A stretch of 64,000 nucleotides of DNA from Anaeromyxobacteraceae bacterium (GCA_047602405.1 JASGHJ010000001.1:864001-928000), one strand, 5' to 3'. Positions 10,098-24,093 are shown, counted from the stretch's first letter. A program made the numbers and translations. Notes: generated by a model from the letters alone, not told the origin.

Positions 10098-10391
10098 ACG
10101 CACGGTGGACTCCCCGCGCACTCGTCGAGGCCGAGCGCGCAGGGGACTGGTGGCGGGCTCATCGGCCCGCTGCGCCGGACCTCTTCCAGCTGGAGCTCGC
10201 AGAGGCGGTGCGACGCATCTCGGTGTTTCCAGGGTCCGGCCAGCCGTACTCGCGCGACGACTCCGGCCTGGTCGTTCGGCGTGTGCTGCTCACCGGGACC
10301 TTGAACCACCTCTACTACGCAGCCGAGGCAGGCGAGAATCACGGTGTTGTCCGTCTGGGGAGCGCTCCTGAAGGAGGGTCCAGACGTCTGA
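10094..10391 (+). CDS. RelE/ParE-family toxin; apparent +1 frameshift at ~10338
   Basis: WTPRA..E...WW...P.SG..Y...VRRVLL...HLYY; removing one A at 10336-10340 gives the typical ending EITVLSVWGA..* (98 aa). Confidence 0.7.
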
Positions 10392-10406
10392 CCTGCACTC
10401 GCGCCT

Positions 10407-11510
10407 CTACGCCGTCGGATCATGCCCCGCCGCGAGCGCGGGGATCCGCGCGGCGAGCGCGAGGTGCCGCTCCGAGCGGAGCACGGCGCGCGCCGCCGCC
10501 GGGTCCGGCGGCGGGCCGGCCCAGCGCAGGAGGCCGGCGACGCGGGCGCGCGCCTCCTCCAGGCGGCCGGCGGGGACGCGGCGGGAGGCCACCGCCTCCC
10601 GGACGAGGTCGATGGCGCGGTGCTGAACCTCGGCGTGGTGGCAGACGAGGAGCGCGTCGACGCCGGCGGCGACCGCGCCGGGCGCCGACTCCTCGAGCGG
10701 GAAGTGCTCGGCGACCGCCTTCATCTCGAGGTCGTCGGAGATGACGCAGCCCTCGAAGCCGATCCGGCCGCGGAGCAGCATCATCACCTCGGGCGACAGC
10801 GTCGCCGGCCGGCGCCGGTCGAGCGCCTCGAAGACGACGTGGGCCGTCATGACCGAGGCGACCCCCGCGCGCGCGAGCGCGCGGAACGGCACGAGCTCCA
10901 CCTCGTCGAGCCGCGCGAGCGAGTGCGGCAGCCGGGGCAGGTCCTTGTGCGAGTCCTGGCTCGTGTCGCCGTGGCCGGGGAAGTGCTTCGCGCAGGCGGC
11001 GACGCCGGCGTCCTGCAGGCCGTGCGCGAGCGCGGCGCCGAGCGAGCCCACCTCGAGCGGATCGGCCGAGAAGGCGCGGTCGCCGATGACCGGGTTCGCG
11101 GGGTTGGTGTCGACGTCGACGACCGGCGCGTAGTCCTGGTCGATGCCGACCGCGCGGAGCTCACGGCCGAGGAGGCGTCCCACCTCGAGCGCGAGCCGCT
11201 CGTCGCCCGCCTGGCCGAGCGCGCGCATCGGGGGCAGCTCGGTGAAGCCCTGCGGCGCGCGCAGGCGGGCGACGCGGCCGCCCTCCTGGTCGATCGACAC
11301 GAGGAGCGGCCGGCCCGCGGCGCGCTTCAGCTCGGCGACGAGCGACGCGACCTGCTCGGCGTCGACCACGTTGCGCGAGAACAGGATGACCCCGTGCACG
11401 CCGCGCCGGATGAGCTCGAGCACCTCCGCGGACGGCGAGGTGCCCTGGAACCCCACGCAGAAGAGGCCGGCGACCTCGCGGTCGAGGGCGGCGGACGTCG
11501 TGGTGGTCAT
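10407..11510 (-). CDS. nagZ: Beta-N-acetylhexosaminidase (GH3)
   Basis: IDQEGGRVARL, KHFPGHGDTSQDSH, ISDDLEM. Confidence 0.92.
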   Translation of the reverse strand: MTTTTSAALDREVAGLFCVGFQGTSPSAEVLELIRRGVHGVILFSRNVVDAEQVASLVAELKRAAGRPLLVSIDQEGGRVARLRAPQGFTELPPMRALGQAGDERLALEVGRLLGRELRAVGIDQDYAPVVDVDTNPANPVIGDRAFSADPLEVGSLGAALAHGLQDAGVAACAKHFPGHGDTSQDSHKDLPRLPHSLARLDEVELVPFRALARAGVASVMTAHVVFEALDRRRPATLSPEVMMLLRGRIGFEGCVISDDLEMKAVAEHFPLEESAPGAVAAGVDALLVCHHAEVQHRAIDLVREAVASRRVPAGRLEEARARVAGLLRWAGPPPDPAAARAVLRSERHLALAARIPALAAGHDPTA

Positions 11511-11523
11511 GCGGCTCCGGCGG

Positions 11524-13674
11524 TCATGAGATGAGCAGCCCTTCGAGGAAGAACGCGGCGAGGCCGAGCGCGAGCAGGATCGTCCAGAGCGGCACGGCCT
11601 TCCCGCCCGCGGAGGCCTGGGCGTCGCCCTCCACCTTCGCGTGCTGCGCGCCGCCGAGATGCGCCGCGAGCTCGTCGGGCGAGAGGCGCCGCGTGTCGGA
11701 CTCCCGCGGGTCGAAGGTGGCCGAGAACGCGAGCCGCGGCTCGAGGCGGGTCGCGCCGTTCGCGGCGACCTCGGCCTGCCAGAGGCCGGGGACGTCCGGC
11801 CGGAACACCGGCGTGCCGTCGCCGTCCTTCCCGAGCGCGCGCTCGAGCGGGCGGCCGCGCAGCTCGCGGCCGTCGGGCGCGAGGAGCCCCGCGAGCGCCT
11901 CGCCCTCCTCGAGCACGAGGCGGCGCGGCTCGCCCACGGCGACCGGCGTCTCGCGCCGCTCCTCGAGGCCCCCCGCGAGCCAGCCCGCGAAGCGCTGCAT
12001 CGCGGGCAGGTAGGAGGTGCGGATGGGCCAGTCGGTCCAGTCGCGGTCGGCCGTGGAGGTGAAGAGGAGCACCCTGCCCTTCCCGCGCCGGGCCTCCACG
12101 AGCGCGGGCGAGCCGTCGTCGAAGCGGGCCATCACGTGCGCGGCCGGGCCCTTCGAGATCGGCTTCACCGTGAGGTAACGGTACGTCCGCACGCCCATGA
12201 GGCCTTCCCGCGCCTCGCCGCCGAAGATCGAGAGCGCCGGGTGCTGGAAGTCGACCTCGTCGAAGCGCGCGGCGCGGGCCGAGGCGTCGGGCTGGCCGCG
12301 CTCGGCGGCGGTCTTCTCGACGTTGAGCGCCATCGGGAGGAGCGCCGGCAGCGCCTTCGCCCAGGCGTCGACGTCGACCTGGTCGCCGACCGAGACGAAG
12401 AGCCCACCCCCGCCCTCGACGAAGCGGACGAGGTCCGCTGCCTTCGCGGCGGGGTCGCGGACGTTGAGGAGCAGGACCACGTCGACCTTCGAGAGCTCCT
12501 CGGCGGGGAACGCCTCGGCGTCGACCACCCGGGCGCGCACCGGCGAGGCCGGTGACGCGAGCGCCTGGTCCACGAACGTGGCCTCGTCGCGGAAGCGCAC
12601 GGGCGAGGGCGAGCCGTCGACCACCAGCGCGCGGACCTCGCGCGGCACGAGCACCGGCAGGGCCCGGGTGTCGTCCTCGACGAGGCCGTCGGCGGGCAGC
12701 GCGACGCGCACGAGCGCGGGGCCACCTTGCGGGAAGGAGAGCGCGAGCGACTTCTTCGCGGCGGCGTCGGCGGGGAGGTCCACGAACGAGCGGATGACGG
12801 TGCGGGCGTCCTTGCCGGCGCCCAGGGTGAGCGCGAGGGAGACGTCCTTCCGGGCCTCCCCGGCGTTCGAGAGCTGGACGTTGACGCGGTAGCCGCGCGG
12901 GCCGGCGGAGAAGTCCGGCACGACGCCCAGGCCGGAGATCGAGCTGTTCGGCAGCGCCGCGCCGCGGGCGGCGTCGAGCACGGTCACCTCGGGGACCACG
13001 GGACCGTTCGGGCCGTCCACCTGCGGCGGCTTCGCGTCGAGGCGCCAGGCAGAGGCCGCGAGGTCGGTCGCGACGACGATCCGCTTCCCCAGGCCGGCCT
13101 GCGCCGGGTCGGCGCCGAGCGCGCGGGCGGCCTCGGCGACGCAGTTCGTGAGGTCGGCGTAGGCGGCGGAGGGCGCGGCGGCCTCGAGCGCCCGGCGGAG
13201 CACGTTGCGGTCGAAGGAGGGCGGCTCGCCGCGCGGGGCCTCGGCGCCGCAGACGACGAGCGTGGCGGGCTCCTCCGGCGTGAGCTCGGCGAGCGCGCCG
13301 AGCGCGTCGGAGCGGGCGCGCTCGAAGAGCGCCTTCCCGCCGAGCCGGTAGCGCATGGAGCCGGAGGCGTCGAGCACGATGGCGGTCGCGCGCGGGCCGA
13401 CCGGCACGGCCGCGGTGGCGGCGCCGGGCGACTCGAGCTTCGGGCGGAGCAGCGCGGCGGCGACGGCGAGGAGGAGCAGCGTGCGGGCGGCGAAGAGGAG
13501 GATCTTCCGCAGGCGCAGCCGGCTCTCCTGCTCTCGCCGGGCGCGCAGCACGAAGTCGATCGCCGGGAACGGCGTCGGCCGCGGGCGCCGGCGGAAGAAC
13601 AGGTGCACGAGGAGCGGGATCGCCGCGGCGAGGAGGCCCCACAGGAGCGCCGGGTTGCCGAGCGCGAGGTTCAT
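11524..13674 (-). CDS. BatA N-terminal domain / vWA-containing membrane protein
   Basis: NPALLWGLLAAAIPLLVHLF..R BatA motif, vWA MIDAS-like DASGSM, C-terminal ESD..LW..LL...LE; ATG 13674 overlaps the DUF58 stop. Confidence 0.85.
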   Translation of the reverse strand: MNLALGNPALLWGLLAAAIPLLVHLFFRRRPRPTPFPAIDFVLRARREQESRLRLRKILLFAARTLLLLAVAAALLRPKLESPGAATAAVPVGPRATAIVLDASGSMRYRLGGKALFERARSDALGALAELTPEEPATLVVCGAEAPRGEPPSFDRNVLRRALEAAAPSAAYADLTNCVAEAARALGADPAQAGLGKRIVVATDLAASAWRLDAKPPQVDGPNGPVVPEVTVLDAARGAALPNSSISGLGVVPDFSAGPRGYRVNVQLSNAGEARKDVSLALTLGAGKDARTVIRSFVDLPADAAAKKSLALSFPQGGPALVRVALPADGLVEDDTRALPVLVPREVRALVVDGSPSPVRFRDEATFVDQALASPASPVRARVVDAEAFPAEELSKVDVVLLLNVRDPAAKAADLVRFVEGGGGLFVSVGDQVDVDAWAKALPALLPMALNVEKTAAERGQPDASARAARFDEVDFQHPALSIFGGEAREGLMGVRTYRYLTVKPISKGPAAHVMARFDDGSPALVEARRGKGRVLLFTSTADRDWTDWPIRTSYLPAMQRFAGWLAGGLEERRETPVAVGEPRRLVLEEGEALAGLLAPDGRELRGRPLERALGKDGDGTPVFRPDVPGLWQAEVAANGATRLEPRLAFSATFDPRESDTRRLSPDELAAHLGGAQHAKVEGDAQASAGGKAVPLWTILLALGLAAFFLEGLLIS

Positions 13675-14577
13675 GCGGCCGTGCGCTCCCGGCGCGCGAG
13701 GAACGGGAGCAGCACGTCCTCGAGCGGGCGATCGGTGCGGCAGAGGGCGTAGTCGACGTCGGCCTCGGCGGCGGCGCGGCGGGTGTCCTCGAGCCACCGG
13801 CCGAGGACCTCGAGGTAGCCCTTCCGGATGTCGCGGCCGTGGGCCTCGACCTGCCGCGAGTCCTCCATGGAGAGGAAGAGCGTCGGGTCGTCGAACGGGA
13901 ACTCGAGCTCGGCGGGGTCGAGCGTGTGGAAGAGCGTGACGTCGTGCTTGCGCCGGCCGAGCTGGGCGAGGCGCTTCACGATGGTCTCGTCCTTGTCGAA
14001 GAGGTCGCTGAAGACGAGCACGGACGAGCGGCGCGGCGCGTGCTCGATGATCCAGTCGATGGCGGCGCCGAGCCGGGTCTCGCCCTCCGCCTTCGCGTGC
14101 TGGAGCGCGTCGACCACCGGCTGCAGGTGCGCCGCGGAGGCCCGCGGCGGGATGGCACCCTTCACCTCGCCCTGCACGAGCAGGAGCCCCGCGGCGTCCT
14201 GCTGGCGCACGAGCAGGTAGCCGAGCGAGGCCGCCATGGAGGCCGCGAGCTCGAGCTTCGACCACGGCGCGGGCTCGGAGCGGTAGCCCATGGAGCCCGA
14301 GGCGTCGACGACGAGGTACGCGCGGAGGTTCGTCTCCTGCTCGAACTTCTTCACGTAGTACTTGTCGAACTTGCCGTAGGCCTTCCAGTCGATGTGCCGG
14401 ATTCTCGTCGCCGGGCGAGTACTCCTTGTGCTCCGCGAACTCGACCGACTGCCCGTGGTGCGGCGACTTGTGCAGGCCCGACAGGATCCCCTCCGTCACC
14501 GCGCGCACCCGGAGCCGGAGCGTGTCCAGGCGGGCCAGCACGGCAGGGTCGAGGAGGGGGGGCTTCGGGTCGGGCAC
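13671..14577 (-). CDS. DUF58 family protein; apparent +1 frameshift at ~14402
   Basis: GLHKSPHHGQSVEFAEHKEYSPGD(E)IRHIDWK restored by deleting one base at 14400-14404; YVKKFEQETN, DASGSM. Confidence 0.85.
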
Positions 14578-14594
14578 GGGGGTTCGCTGGGGCT

Positions 14595-14739
14595 TCGTGA
14601 ATCGGGCGTGTCGTGAATCGGCGTGTCGTGAATCGGCGTGTCGTGAATCGGCGTGTCGTGAATCGGCGTGTCGTGAATCGGGCTGGTGTTCGTGAATCGG
14701 GCTGGTGTTCGTGAATCGGGCTGGTGTTCGTGAATCGGG
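14595..14739. repeat. Mixed-period tandem repeat: nine copies of core TCGTGAATCGG (one 16-nt, four 15-nt and three 19-nt units plus a final core)
   Basis: Read directly from the sequence; intergenic between the MoxR and DUF58 genes; degenerate copies follow at 14746-14777. Confidence 0.95.
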
Positions 14740-14800
14740 TCGGGGCCGTGAGTCGGTTCTGGAGCCGTGAACCTGGGTCTGGAGTGGTCCCCGAATCCTA

Positions 14801-14849
14801 CCGTTCGTCCCGAGCGTAGCCACCGCGAAGCGGTGGCGGAGACGAGGGA
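14801..14849 (-). repeat. REP-like palindromic element, copy 2 (intergenic)
   Basis: Reverse complement CCCTCGTCTCCG-CCACCGC TTC GCGGTGG-CTACGCTCGGGACGAACGG. Confidence 0.75.
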
Positions 14850-14891
14850 CGATCCCGGATCCGATCAGACATCTGGGCTCCGAGCTCCGCC

Positions 14892-15901
<1,010 letters not shown>

Positions 15902-15905
<4 letters not shown>

Positions 15906-17455
15906 GGGTGCTTCTCCCCGGACAGTATCCTCGCGAACCCCTGCTCGCGCGAGGCGCCCGCGGGGTCGCCCAGCTTCTCGAGCGCGAGCGCGAGGCCGGC
16001 GTGGATCTCGGGGTCGAAGGGGTCCTGGCGGTTGGCCTGGATGAGGTGGTCCCGGGCCCGCGACGCATCGCCGCGGTCGAGGAGCAGCCGGGCGAGGCGG
16101 ACGTTGAGGGCCGGGTAGTCCGGGTTCCACTCGAGCGCCTCGGCGAGGACCTTCTCGGCCTCGCCCTTCGAGCCGGACATCATCGCGGCGAGCGCGTACT
16201 GGTTCGCGAGGATCGGCACCCGCGGGCCGACCTTCTGGTACGCCTTCTGGTATTCCAGGCGCGCGGCGGTCCAGCGGCCGCGCTCCCGGAAGAGCTCGCC
16301 GAGCCGCGCCCAGCCCTTCGCGCGCTCGTCGCCGAGCTCGGCCCACTCCGACCAGGTGCCGCCGTGCTTCGGGTCGTCGCGGAAGCGCAGCCGGTCGAGC
16401 TCGTGCTGGCCGCCGCGCGGCAGCGGGCGGGCGGCCATGTACCTCCTCCACTCGCCGAGGAACCGGTCGAAGGGCAGCCCCATCGCCTGGGCGACCGCGT
16501 CCGGCGTCGACCTCCCCTCCCCGACGAGCTCGAGCACGCGCCGGAGCACGTCCGGCCCGCGCTGCTTCACCATGTACTCGACCGCCATCGCGACCTGCGC
16601 GTAGGCGAGCGCGGCGCGCTCCTGCGACGGGAGCTTCGCGAGCGAGGGGTGCATCTCCTCGAAGGTGACGAGCCTGTTCTTCTGCACCGCCTCGCGGACG
16701 AGCGCGGCCGAGAACGGCGACACCGGCTCGCCGCCGCCGCGCCAGTCGTCCTCGAACCACTTCGCGAGCCCCTCCTGCAGCCAGATGGGCGCGTGGTTGC
16801 GCGAGACGCGGGTGAGGACGAGGTGCGTGTACTCGTGCGCCGCCGTGTCGAGCCAGTCGTAGCCCTTGAGGAGGGCCTTCGGCGACAGGATCATCAGCTT
16901 GTTGAACTTGCAGACCGCGACCGTGCCGGAGGTGCGGATCTCCTCGTCCGAGAGCGTCGAGACCTTCGCGAGCGCGGAGGGCGTGTCGACGAGCTCGACC
17001 GTGAAGCGGCCCGGCGGCTCGTAGCCGAGCGCCTTCCCGAGCACCGCGCGCTGCGCCTCGAGCGCCTCGGTGAGGTAGGGGACGAGCACCGCCTCCTTGC
17101 CCTTCGAGTGGGTGATGACGAAGTGCTGCGACTCGACCCGCACGGCACCGGCCGTGACGCCCTTCGCGGCCCTCGCGAGGGCGAGGTAGCCCGTCGGGTC
17201 GCCCAGGCCCGAGGCCTCCATGAGCGCGACGGCCTCGTCGTAGCGCTGCTCGTGGAAGCGGAGGATGCCGGCGGCGAGCTGCACCGAGGGATCGTCCGGG
17301 TCGGAGGCGAGGAGCGGCTCGACGAGCGAGCGCGCCTGGTCCACGTCCTCGGCCGCGAGGGCCTCGATGGCGGCCGAGACGCGCGGGTCGGACTTCCGCG
17401 GCGCGGCGAGGGCGAGCGCGGGGACGAGCGCGACGATGGCGACCCAGGCCCTCAC
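15902..17455 (-). CDS. Secreted TPR-containing zinc metallopeptidase (peptidase MA-like)
   Basis: Signal peptide; AHEYTH...[12 protein letters not shown]-like helices at both ends; GTGA overlap with the upstream gene. Confidence 0.85.
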
Positions 17456-20400
17456 TTCACGAGCTCCTCGTAGTACCGCTGCACGTCGGCCCGGTAGCGC
17501 TCGGGCGCGCCCTGCTTCATCGCCTCGAGGAGGTCCTTGCGGAACTCCTCCGGCACCTTGTGCGCGTCGGCGCCGGGGATCTCGACGCGGTCGTGCGAGA
17601 GCTCGTTGCCGTCGCCCTCGTCGGAGCCCGGGCCGTTCGAGGCGAACGGGAACGGGAAGCCCTCGCCGCCGGAGCCGCCCTTCTGCGCCTGCTTCGCGGC
17701 CTCTTCCAGCCCCTTCTGGAACCGGTCGAGCGCGTCCATCGCGAGCTCCTGCTCGCCGTGCCCGCGCTGGGGGTTCTTCATGCCGAGCTCGGCCGAGGCG
17801 CGGCCCATGTGCCCGCGCGACTCGCCGAGCTGCGACTGCGCGTCGGGCGGGAACACCGGCGCCTGCTGCATGAGCTGCGAGAGCTGCTGCTGGAGCCCCC
17901 CGGCCCGCTTCTCGAGCTCCGCCTGCCTCCGGGAGAGCCCCTCGAGCTTCTTCTGCGACTCCTGCCCGAGCATCTGCCGCGGGTCCGGGAACAGCTTCCC
18001 GAGCTGGTCGCGCACCTCGCGGGCCTTCGGCGCCGCGCGCCGCACGTGCTCGGTCGCGTCGCGCACCTTCTCGGCGTCGCCCGGCTTCGAGTACGGCGAC
18101 TCCGCCGCGATGCGGTCCTCCTCCAGGCTCTGCAGGAGCCGGTCGGTGGACGCCGCGGCCTGCTGCGCGGTCTCCCACGCGCCACCGAGCTCCTTCATCG
18201 CGAGCGCGCGCTCGAGCCCGGCGAGCATCTCCTTCGCGCGATCCTGGTCCATCTCGCCGCGGAAGCCCACGCCGGGCTGCGCCTGCTCCACCTCGCGCTT
18301 CGCGTCGCCGGCGAGCTTCTCGAGCCGCTTCAGCTCGCCCTCGGCGCCCTTCAGGCGGTCCTGCAGCTTCTTGCGGTACTCCGAGCGGATCTGCTCGGTC
18401 TCCTCGGCCGTCTTCTGCTGGTCGGCGCGGATCTGCTCGAGCTCCTCCTTGAAGGCGAGCATCTGCTTCATGAGCTCGCGGTTCTGCTCGCCCGGCCGCC
18501 CGGCGGTCTTCTCGAGGCCCGCGACCATCTTGTCGAGCTGGGACGCCATCTCGTCGAGCGCCTTCATCGCGCCCTCGACGTCGCCCTGCGCGAGCTTCTG
18601 CTCGACCTCGTCGAGGCCGCCGAGGAGATCCTTCGAGCGCTGCATCTCGGCGAGCGCCTCGGCGTTCATGTGCTCGTCCTGGAAGCCCTTCGAGAGCTCC
18701 GCCATCCGCGCGAGGAGATCCTTCACGCGGTCCTTCATGCGCTGGACCTGCGCGAGGAGCTCCTGCTTCGCCTGCTCGGTGGGCGCCCGCCGGTACTTCT
18801 CGACGGTGTCGGCGAGCTCGCGGCGCCGGTCCTTGAGCTGCCTCGCGAGCTTCACGAGCTCGTCGGCGCGCTCCTTGTCCATCAGCTGCTCGAGGTAGAG
18901 GATCCCCTTCTCGAGCTCGCGGTCGAGGGCCCCGTCGTAGACGTTCATCGTGCGGACGATCCCGGCGTCGGGCCGCAGGCGCATCTTCACCGCGCTCGCC
19001 ACCGCGGTGCGCACGCCGGAGAGCCGCACCTCCGCCTCGCGCACGAGCCCTGCGACGTTCGCGAGCGCGCGGGAGAGCGGGGCCGAGCCGGCGCGGTCCT
19101 TGCCGATCTCGCGGGCGAGCTGGCGCAGGCGCTCGTGCACCTTGCGGGTCCTCGCGTCGAGCGCCATCGCGAGCGGCAGGCGCTGCTCGGTGGCGATCGA
19201 TCCGGCCGCGAAGGTCTCGAGGCGGTCGGCGAGGAGGACGATCATCTCCTCCTGGGCGGCCTTCACCTGCTCGACGAGCTTCCGGCGGTGCTCCGCCTCG
19301 GAGTAGATGCGGACGACGTGCGTCTCGGAGGCGGAGCGCTTCGGCCCGGAGATGGTGTCGCCGTCGGAGGCCTCGACCCAGTAGGTGAGCGCCTCGCCCT
19401 CGCCGAGCCGCTCCGGCGCGAGGTCGAGCAGCTTCTCCCCGCGCTCGCGGCGCGCGCCGGCGGCGGTGCGGAGCACCTCGCGCTTCTCGGCCGCCCGGCC
19501 CGGCGCCTTCGTGACGAGCGCGATCTCGCCGAGGCCGACGTCGTCCTCGGCCTGCCACTGGATGCGGACGACCGCGCCCGGATCGACCTCGAGCTCGCGC
19601 TCGGGCGAGGTGATGCGCACGACCGGCGCCTCGTCCGCCTCGACGGCGATCGGGATCCTGGGGCCCTCGGCGACCGGCTTCCCGCGCCCGTCGAGGAAGC
19701 GGAACCGGTACGTCCCGGCGGAGTCGACGAGGAGCTTGCCCGCGAGGTCGCGCCCGCCGGTCACCGCGAGCGACACCTGGCGCGCGGCGGCCTTGCCGTC
19801 CGCGCCCACGCCCTCCACCGCGAGCTCGGCCGCCTTGACCTCGCGGTCCGCGCGCGTCCTGAGCTCGACCTCGGTGCCCTTCGGCGCCTTCACCTCGCCG
19901 CCGGTGCCGGAGGCCGTGCGCGGCTCGCGCCGCATGTAGGCCGGGTAGCGGTAGGTGAGCTCGATGTCGCCGGTGATGGGCTCCATGTCGGCGACGAGCG
20001 CGCCGGGCGGATCGCCGGCGACCACGCGCGCGTAGGCCTTCGTGAACGCGCCCCGGCCGACCGCGAACGCGACGAGGTGCAGCGCCGCCACCGCCGCGAG
20101 CGCGAGCATGCCGCGGCGGGCCCAGCGGTCCGGGATGGCGCGAGGGACGTCGAGCGTGCGCGCGCGCGCGGCCGTGCGCTCGAGGTGGCCGTCGACGAGG
20201 GCGACCGAGTAGTCGCCGCGCTCGGCGATGCGCCCGCGGTCGCGCGCGAGCTCGATGGAGGAGAGGAGGTCGCTCCGGAGCGCGGGCTCGTCCTTCGCGA
20301 GCGTCCGCGCCGCCGCCGCGTCCGACCAGGCGGTCCGGAGCGCCGCGCGCACCGCGAGTCCGATCGCCACGAGGGCGCCGGCTCCCGCGAGGCCGAGCAC

Positions 20401-20571
20401 CCACGGCCGCACCCCGAGGCGGGCCCCGAGCGATACCGCCACGGCCCCGAGGAGGAGCACGAGCAGGACCGCCGCGAGTCCGAAGGCACCCGCGGCCGAG
20501 GCGATTGTGGTCGCCTGCCGGCGGCGCGCCGCGGCGAGGACGGCGGCGATCTCGCCGAAAGCGGGGTTCAT
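17452..20571 (-). CDS. DUF4175-like membrane-anchored long coiled-coil protein
   Basis: N-terminal TM segments, YPAY and DDVGL motifs, Q/E/K-rich coiled coil, C-terminal [15 protein letters not shown]; usual partner of MoxR/DUF58/BatA genes. Confidence 0.8.
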   Translation of the reverse strand: MNPAFGEIAAVLAAARRRQATTIASAAGAFGLAAVLLVLLLGAVAVSLGARLGVRPWVLGLAGAGALVAIGLAVRAALRTAWSDAAAARTLAKDEPALRSDLLSSIELARDRGRIAERGDYSVALVDGHLERTAARARTLDVPRAIPDRWARRGMLALAAVAALHLVAFAVGRGAFTKAYARVVAGDPPGALVADMEPITGDIELTYRYPAYMRREPRTASGTGGEVKAPKGTEVELRTRADREVKAAELAVEGVGADGKAAARQVSLAVTGGRDLAGKLLVDSAGTYRFRFLDGRGKPVAEGPRIPIAVEADEAPVVRITSPERELEVDPGAVVRIQWQAEDDVGLGEIALVTKAPGRAAEKREVLRTAAGARRERGEKLLDLAPERLGEGEALTYWVEASDGDTISGPKRSASETHVVRIYSEAEHRRKLVEQVKAAQEEMIVLLADRLETFAAGSIATEQRLPLAMALDARTRKVHERLRQLAREIGKDRAGSAPLSRALANVAGLVREAEVRLSGVRTAVASAVKMRLRPDAGIVRTMNVYDGALDRELEKGILYLEQLMDKERADELVKLARQLKDRRRELADTVEKYRRAPTEQAKQELLAQVQRMKDRVKDLLARMAELSKGFQDEHMNAEALAEMQRSKDLLGGLDEVEQKLAQGDVEGAMKALDEMASQLDKMVAGLEKTAGRPGEQNRELMKQMLAFKEELEQIRADQQKTAEETEQIRSEYRKKLQDRLKGAEGELKRLEKLAGDAKREVEQAQPGVGFRGEMDQDRAKEMLAGLERALAMKELGGAWETAQQAAASTDRLLQSLEEDRIAAESPYSKPGDAEKVRDATEHVRRAAPKAREVRDQLGKLFPDPRQMLGQESQKKLEGLSRRQAELEKRAGGLQQQLSQLMQQAPVFPPDAQSQLGESRGHMGRASAELGMKNPQRGHGEQELAMDALDRFQKGLEEAAKQAQKGGSGGEGFPFPFASNGPGSDEGDGNELSHDRVEIPGADAHKVPEEFRKDLLEAMKQGAPERYRADVQRYYEELVK

Positions 20572-20729
20572 GGCGGTGATGTCTGGCAAAACCGGGGCCT
20601 CGGCCCGTCATTCCGGGCGGTCCAGGGAGGATAACCTCCAACCGTCCGCCGCGCGCCCTCGTCGGCCGGAAAGGGGTCGTTCGGGTCGGGGACGCCGGCC
20701 CGGGGTGTGCTAGCGTCCCGCCCGGACCC

Positions 20730-21377
20730 GTGAATTCGCCCCGGCCGCCCACCGTCCCTCCCGAGGAAGCCGACGACCTCGCCCTGGTCTCCCGGGCGCA
20801 GGGCGGCGACCAGGACGCCTTCAGGACCCTGGTCGTGCGCTTCCAGAGGAAGGTCTACGCCGTGGCGCTCGGCATCGTGAAGGATCCGGATCTGGCCTGG
20901 GACGTCGCCCAGGAGGCGTTCGTGCGGGTGCACGGGCGGCTCTCGACGTTCGAGGGCAAGTCCGCCTTCTCGACCTGGCTGTTCCGGGTGACGACCCACC
21001 TCGCCATCGACGCGGTCAGGAAGGAGCGGACGGCCCGCAAGGACCAGCTCGAGGACGTCCTCGAGTCGGACCTCGAGGGCGGCAGCGAGGGCATCCTGTC
21101 GACCGCGCTCGGGAACGACCCGCGCGAGAACGCGCTCCGCAAGGAGCTCGCCGGGGAGATCGAGCGGGCGCTCGGGACCTTGAGCGCCGAGCACCGCGCC
21201 ATCATCGTGCTGCGGGAGCTGGAGGGGCTCTCGTACGAGGAGCTGGCGGAGCGGCTCGACATCCCGAAGGGCACGGTGATGAGCCGGCTCTTCCACGCGC
21301 GCAAGAAGCTGCAGGCGGCGCTCCGGGAGTACTCCGGGCTCGTGCCCGCCGACGAACGGAAGGAAGACGAGTCATGA
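20730..21377 (+). CDS. ECF RNA polymerase sigma factor (sigma-70 group 4)
   Basis: DVAQEAF, FSTWLFRV, LSYEELAERLDIPKGTVMSRLFHAR. Confidence 0.93.
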   Translation: MNSPRPPTVPPEEADDLALVSRAQGGDQDAFRTLVVRFQRKVYAVALGIVKDPDLAWDVAQEAFVRVHGRLSTFEGKSAFSTWLFRVTTHLAIDAVRKERTARKDQLEDVLESDLEGGSEGILSTALGNDPRENALRKELAGEIERALGTLSAEHRAIIVLRELEGLSYEELAERLDIPKGTVMSRLFHARKKLQAALREYSGLVPADERKEDES

Positions 21378-21838
21378 ACCGCGGCACGAACTGCGCGCGC
21401 TGGGCGCCGATGATCGGCGCCATGGAGGGCGAGCTCACCGCCGAGGAGGCGCGCGGCCTCGAGGTGCACCTCGCCGGCTGCGACGCCTGCCGGGCGCTCG
21501 CCGCCGATGTGGCGGCCACCGAGGGGCTCGTCGCCGAGGCGCTGCTCGCGAAGGCGGCGCGGCGCGACTTCGCCCCCTTCGTGGACCAGGTCATGGCCCG
21601 GGTGGCGCCTCCCGCCCGGCCGGGCCTCATCGAGTGGATCCGGGGTCACCGGCGGGCCGTCGCCGCCCTGCTCGCCCCGGGATTGGCCGCCGCGGCGCTC
21701 GTCGTGTACCTTTCGACCGGGGCTGGCGAGCAGGCGAGCGTCGCCTCGCTGGAGGTCGACTCCGAGGGTGAGGCCACCACCGTGATCCAGACCAACGACG
21801 GTCCGATCGTGCTCCTGGCGCCGGAGGACGCGACGTGA
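21374..21838 (+). CDS. Zinc-binding (ZAS / zf-HC2) anti-sigma factor with TM helix
   Basis: HLAGCDAC motif; ATGA-coupled to the sigma gene; hydrophobic segment. Confidence 0.85.
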   Translation: MNRGTNCARWAPMIGAMEGELTAEEARGLEVHLAGCDACRALAADVAATEGLVAEALLAKAARRDFAPFVDQVMARVAPPARPGLIEWIRGHRRAVAALLAPGLAAAALVVYLSTGAGEQASVASLEVDSEGEATTVIQTNDGPIVLLAPEDAT

Positions 21839-22281
21839 TCGCGCCCGCGCGCCGCGCCCGCGCGTGGACGAGCCTCGTGCTCGCGTTCGCGCTCGCCCTG
21901 CCCTCCGCCGCGCTCGCCGAGGTGCCGGTGGGCATCCGCGTCGTGCGCGCCTCGAAGAAGGGGCCGGCCCAGATCGACCCCCGGCTCGGCGACCTCAAGC
22001 GGCAGATCTCCCCGCTCGCCTACGTGCGGTGGGACCAGGTGTCCGAGAAGAAGGTCGACCTCAAGCCCGGGAAGACCGAGTTCGTCGACCTGCCCGGCGG
22101 CGAGACCGTGGGCGTGACGCTGCAGGAGGCCCGCGGCAACACGCTCACGCTCGAGGTCGCGATCACCCAGCGGAACACGCAGAGCCGGGTGACCGTCGAG
22201 AAGGGCCAGCGGATCGTCCACGGCGTCGTGCCCGAGAAGGGCGGCGAGGCCGTGTTCATCGTGCTGACGGGGTGGCCGTAG
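21835..22281 (+). CDS. Hypothetical exported protein in the ECF operon
   Basis: Signal peptide ending ALA-E; GTGA overlap; strong GC3 bias. Confidence 0.75.
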   Translation: MIAPARRARAWTSLVLAFALALPSAALAEVPVGIRVVRASKKGPAQIDPRLGDLKRQISPLAYVRWDQVSEKKVDLKPGKTEFVDLPGGETVGVTLQEARGNTLTLEVAITQRNTQSRVTVEKGQRIVHGVVPEKGGEAVFIVLTGWP

Positions 22282-22328
22282 CCCTTCGACTTCGGCCCGC
22301 CTCCGCGGGCCCACGCTCGGGATGAGCG
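22282..22328 (+). repeat. REP-like palindromic element, copy 3 (fills the gap between convergent genes; may act as a terminator or stabiliser)
   Basis: CCCTTCGACTTCG-GCCCGC CTCC GCGGGC-CCACGCTCGGGATGAGCG. Confidence 0.7.

Positions 22329-24089
<1,761 letters not shown>

Positions 24090-24093
<4 letters not shown>

Noticed and set aside
14595..14777. Tandem array as a CRISPR array
   Set aside because: Units are only 15-19 nt, the intervening sequences are identical rather than unique spacers, and no cas genes are present.
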